Of a stretch of DNA of 64,000 nt, positions 60,039 through 64,000 are shown piece after piece (the first letter of the stretch is position 1; the number at the start of each line of letters is the position of its first letter). The notes below the pieces were generated by a model. The model was not told where the DNA came from, ran no database searches, and saw nothing but the letters and a program-made list of their open reading frames with translations. The translations under genes and the position numbers were made by a program. The stretch is taken from assembly GCA_035529955.1 (NCBI GenBank), contig DATKVR010000036.1, positions 188 to 64,187 of the forward strand, written 5' to 3'. This stretch comes from Gallionella sp. GTDB taxonomy: Bacteria > Pseudomonadota > Gammaproteobacteria > Burkholderiales > Gallionellaceae.

Positions 60039-63000
60039 TCAGGCTTTTGACAATTCGTGTTCGTCGTCCGTTTCGGCCGGTTTTACATGGTCGCTGGCAA
60101 GCAGCATGTACACCGCCGGCAACACCAATAGCGTGAACAGGGTGCCGATGGAAAGTCCGCTGGCGATCACCAGACCCATGTTGAAGCGTGATGCCGCGCC
60201 GGCCCCGCTCGCGGTGATCAACGGGATAACCCCCAGCACCATCGCAGCGGTCGTCATCAGAATCGGACGCAGCCGGATGCTGGCCGCCTCCTCGATCGCC
60301 TCGCGCTTGCTCTTGCCTTCCTGGCGCAGGTTGTTGGCAAACTGCACGATCAGGATACCGTGCTTGCTGATTAGTCCCATCAAGGTCACCAACCCGACCT
60401 GAGTGTAGATATTCAGGCTTGAACCGCCAACCCCCAGGCTGATGAAAACCAGCGCACCGGCAATCGACATCGGCACCGACACCAGGATAATGAACGGATC
60501 GCGGAAACTTTCGAATTGCGCTGCCAGCGCCAGGAAGATGATGACCAGCGCGAACGAGAACATCGCGATGAAGCCGCTGGATTCCTGCATGAACTGGCGG
60601 GACTGCCCGCCGTAGTCTACCGAATAACCCGGCGGCAATGTCTTGTCGGCAAGATTCTTGAGATAGTCCAGCGCTTCCCCGGTGGTCACTCCCGGCAACG
60701 CCACACCTTGTATGGTCGCGGCGTTGAGTTGCTGGAAGTGATTCAGCGATTCAGGCGTCGTTTTAGAGGTAATGTGAACGACACTGGACAGCGGTACGGA
60801 AGTGCCGCTGGCTGTACGTACATAATAATTGAGCAACTGCGCTGTGTTCAGGCGGTAGCGCTGTTGCACCTGCGGTATCACCTTGTACGAGCGTCCCGCC
60901 AGGCTGAAGTAGTTGACATAGCCCCCACCCAGCATGGATGCGAGCGAGTTGCCGATGTCCTGCATGGACAGGCCGAGCAGGGCAGCCTTGTTGCGGTCTA
61001 TAACCACGGTGGATTGCGGCAGGTCGATGCGCAGGTCCGTATTGATGAACATGAACATGCCGCTCTTCTGCGCCTTCTGCAAAAATTCCTGCGTCACGTC
61101 ATTCAGGCGGTCGAAAGGTTCAGTGGTACCGATAATGAACTGTATCGGCAGGCCGCGGCTGCCCGGCAGCGAAGGGGGCTGGAATGCCACTGCCTGTGCA
61201 CCCGCGATCTGGCTCAATTGATGCTGCACCACCGGTTGCAACTGATTCGTCGTCTTGCTGCGCTCATCCCACGGTTTCAACACCATGCCGGCAATCATTC
61301 GGCCGGGCATGTCAATTTGAAAAACGTGTGCGGTCTCGGGATGGCTGGCATAGATTTTGTAATTCTGCTTCGCATAGGGCTCGCGCTGTTGCAAGGTCGA
61401 GTCAGGCGCGGCGGTCAGTGAGGCGATGATGACGCCCTGATCCTCCTGGGGTGCCAGTTCATGCTTGGCGCTGCCATACAGAAAATAGATGCTGCCCAGC
61501 ACGATCAAGGCAAACACCGCTGTCACCGGCAGGTAGTCGAGTGAGCCGTGCAGCGTGCGCGCATAGAGGCGGCGCACTTTGTCAAAACTCGCGTCGATGA
61601 AATGCACAACGCGGGATTCCAGGCTGGTATCCTGCGCGAGATGGGGCCTGAGCAGGCGTGAGCACATCATCGGCGACAGTGTCAGCGCGATGATGGCGGA
61701 AACGGTCACGGTGCCAACCAGGGTAAACGCGAATTCCGTAAACAGTGCGCCGGTCAGCCCCCCCTGGAATCCGATCGGCACATACACCGAGATCAGCACG
61801 ATGGTCATCGCAATAATCGGACCGGCCAGCTCGCGCGCTGCATTGATCGCCGCCCGCATCGGCGCGACGCCTTCCTCGATATGACGGCTGACGTTCTCCA
61901 CCACGATGATGGTGTCGTCCACCACCAGTCCGATGGCAAGCACGAACGCAAGCAGGGTCAACAGGTTGATCGAGAATCCCAGAACCAGCATGATGGCAAA
62001 GGTTCCGATCAGCGACAGCGGGATCGCGACCACCGGAATCAGCACCGAGCGCGGCGAACCGAGGAAGACGAACACCACGAGAATGATCACCAGCAAGGAT
62101 TCGGACAAGGTCTTGATCACCTCGTGGATCGAGCTGTTCACGAATTTGGTGGAGTCGTAGATGACCTTGCCGTTTATGCCCTGCGGCAGCTGCGCCTGAA
62201 GCTCGGGCATCAGTTGGTTGACCCGCTTCACCACATCGAGCAGATTGGCGGCAGGTGCCACCTGAATGCCGATATACACCGCACTCTTGCCGTCGAACGC
62301 AACCTCGGTATCATAGTTCTCTGCTCCCAGCGTGACATTGGCAACGTCTTTCAATCGCACCATGGCATTGTTGGACTGCTTGATCACCAGGTTGCGGAAT
62401 TCCTCCTCGGAGTGCAGGTTGGTGGACGCATCAAGATTGACCTGCACCATCAGTCCCTTGGTGTTGCCCACGCCGGACAGGAAATCGTTTTGAGCCAGCG
62501 CGGCGCTGACATCAGTCGCGGTCAGTCCGTAGGCGGCCAGTTTCTTGGGATCCAGCCAGGCACGCAACGCAAAGTTCTTTGCACCGATCAGCTCCGCGGT
62601 CTGCACACCATCGACCGCCTGCAGCCTGGGCTGCACCACGCGCAACAGATAATCCGTGATGTAGTTGGACGGCAACACCTTGCTGGAAAAACCGATATAC
62701 ATCGCATCAAGGGTCTGGCCGATGCTGATGGTCATGACCGGCTTCTGGGTTTGCGGAGGCAACTGGTTGAGTACCGAGCTGATCTGCGCGTTCATCTCGG
62801 TCAGCGCCTTGTCCGAATCGTAATTCAGCTTCAGGGTTACCGTGATCTGGCTGCTGCTGTTGGTACTGGTCGAGCTCATGTAATCGATGCCGTTGATCTG
62901 GGCGATTGCATTTTCCAGCGGCGTGGTGATGAAACCGGCTACCAGGGCCGGATCGGCACCCGCATAGGTGGTGCTCACGGTGATCACCGCATTCTGCGTG

Positions 63001-63116
63001 CGCGGAAATTGCAGCACCGGCAAGACACCGAACGAACGCAGCCCCAGCACCAGTATTACCAGGCTGATGACCATGGCCAACACCGGCCGCCGAATAAATA
63101 GATCGGTAAATTTCAT
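60039..63116 (-). CDS. RND efflux transporter permease (AcrB/MexW-MexI-like)
   Basis: FIRRPV, GLVVDD..VVEN, KHGILIV and RLRPILMTT motifs. Confidence 0.95.
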   Translation of the reverse strand: MKFTDLFIRRPVLAMVISLVILVLGLRSFGVLPVLQFPRTQNAVITVSTTYAGADPALVAGFITTPLENAIAQINGIDYMSSTSTNSSSQITVTLKLNYDSDKALTEMNAQISSVLNQLPPQTQKPVMTISIGQTLDAMYIGFSSKVLPSNYITDYLLRVVQPRLQAVDGVQTAELIGAKNFALRAWLDPKKLAAYGLTATDVSAALAQNDFLSGVGNTKGLMVQVNLDASTNLHSEEEFRNLVIKQSNNAMVRLKDVANVTLGAENYDTEVAFDGKSAVYIGIQVAPAANLLDVVKRVNQLMPELQAQLPQGINGKVIYDSTKFVNSSIHEVIKTLSESLLVIILVVFVFLGSPRSVLIPVVAIPLSLIGTFAIMLVLGFSINLLTLLAFVLAIGLVVDDTIIVVENVSRHIEEGVAPMRAAINAARELAGPIIAMTIVLISVYVPIGFQGGLTGALFTEFAFTLVGTVTVSAIIALTLSPMMCSRLLRPHLAQDTSLESRVVHFIDASFDKVRRLYARTLHGSLDYLPVTAVFALIVLGSIYFLYGSAKHELAPQEDQGVIIASLTAAPDSTLQQREPYAKQNYKIYASHPETAHVFQIDMPGRMIAGMVLKPWDERSKTTNQLQPVVQHQLSQIAGAQAVAFQPPSLPGSRGLPIQFIIGTTEPFDRLNDVTQEFLQKAQKSGMFMFINTDLRIDLPQSTVVIDRNKAALLGLSMQDIGNSLASMLGGGYVNYFSLAGRSYKVIPQVQQRYRLNTAQLLNYYVRTASGTSVPLSSVVHITSKTTPESLNHFQQLNAATIQGVALPGVTTGEALDYLKNLADKTLPPGYSVDYGGQSRQFMQESSGFIAMFSFALVIIFLALAAQFESFRDPFIILVSVPMSIAGALVFISLGVGGSSLNIYTQVGLVTLMGLISKHGILIVQFANNLRQEGKSKREAIEEAASIRLRPILMTTAAMVLGVIPLITASGAGAASRFNMGLVIASGLSIGTLFTLLVLPAVYMLLASDHVKPAETDDEHELSKA

Positions 63117-63131
63117 TGCGGCAGTTCCGTG

Positions 63132-64000
63132 TTATTCATCCTTGGGTTCGGGATTAGCCTCGTTGCTTGGCTGGATTTCGTTGTTGATGGTAACGGGAGA
63201 TCCGTTGTGCAGTTTGACCTGCCCTGCGGACACCACGACATCTCCCGCCTTGATTCCCTTGAGCACGGCCACTTGGTCGCCGCGCGTACCGCCGGTTGTG
63301 ACAAATACCTGCTTGACAATCAATTTCGGCTTGCCTTTGGCATCCGTGCCCTGCTGTTCGGTCAGAAACACGATATTTCCATACGGATTATAGGTGACCG
63401 CGGTTTGCGGAAGCGTGATATAGCGCTGCGGCTTGCCGGTTGAGATGTCCACCGTTGCGTACATGCCGGGCAATAGCCGATGTTGCGGATTTTTCAGCTC
63501 TGCCCTCACCTTGACGTTGAGCGTGCCGGTATCCACCTCGGGATTGATCACCGAAATTTTTCCGTCAAATTGTTCGCCCGGATAAGCATCGGTCCTCGCC
63601 GACACCTTCTGCCCGGCATGTATCATGCTGATATTTTGCTGCGGCACCGAGAAATCCAGATAGATCGGATCCAGCGACTGCAGCGATACCACCGGCGTGC
63701 CGGCATTCAGGTATTGGCCCACGCTCACTTGACGGATACCGACACGGCCAGAAAACAACGCGTGGATAGACTTCTTGTTCACCATTGCCTGTTGTTCGGC
63801 CACAGTGGCATCAGCCTGCATCAGATTCGCCTTGTCAATGTCCAGCACCTGCTGGCTGATCGCCTTGAATTCGAACTGCTGCTTGTCACGCCCGTAAGTG
63901 GTCCTGGCCAGGGCAGAAGCTGCCTGGAGCGCGTGCAGCCTGGCAACGTCGCTATCGGCAACCAGTTCCACCAGCAGCTTTCCTTTCTTGACGTCTTCGC
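63132..64000 (-). CDS. RND efflux periplasmic adaptor (start beyond the window end)
   Basis: Alpha-hairpin, FSGRVGIR, LLPGM and TRGDQV motifs; directly upstream of the RND permease. Confidence 0.92.
   Translation of the reverse strand, partial: EDVKKGKLLVELVADSDVARLHALQAASALARTTYGRDKQQFEFKAISQQVLDIDKANLMQADATVAEQQAMVNKKSIHALFSGRVGIRQVSVGQYLNAGTPVVSLQSLDPIYLDFSVPQQNISMIHAGQKVSARTDAYPGEQFDGKISVINPEVDTGTLNVKVRAELKNPQHRLLPGMYATVDISTGKPQRYITLPQTAVTYNPYGNIVFLTEQQGTDAKGKPKLIVKQVFVTTGGTRGDQVAVLKGIKAGDVVVSAGQVKLHNGSPVTINNEIQPSNEANPEPKDE

Overview
A GC-rich betaproteobacterial chromosomal window. Gene order (recN-nadK, hrcA-hemH, orn/rsgA, cysB-cysIHDN, murJ/rpsT/argDFG, hda/purMN, ssb) and the many small c-type cytochromes suggest Gallionellaceae/Nitrosomonadales (inference). 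I saw no rRNA, tRNA, CRISPR array, integrase or transposase. Most of it is housekeeping. Three things stand out. (1) Tiny 45-60 bp hairpin elements of two related types, seven copies in total, show compensatory base changes. They sit inside larger intergenic repeats at consistent flanking sequences, and one copy lies in frame inside cysN, adding 16 aa. (2) A ~10 kb block between nadK and hrcA carries an expanded SHP-DHC-cytochrome b operon with a second DHC and an uncharacterised membrane protein whose four His-led helices suggest a di-heme b protein. (3) Smaller oddities: a repeat-bracketed mgtA islet, a probable His/Cys-ligated cytochrome c, a LonC-like protease, an orphan macrodomain, two small membrane proteins missing from the ORF track, and an att-like remnant after ssb.
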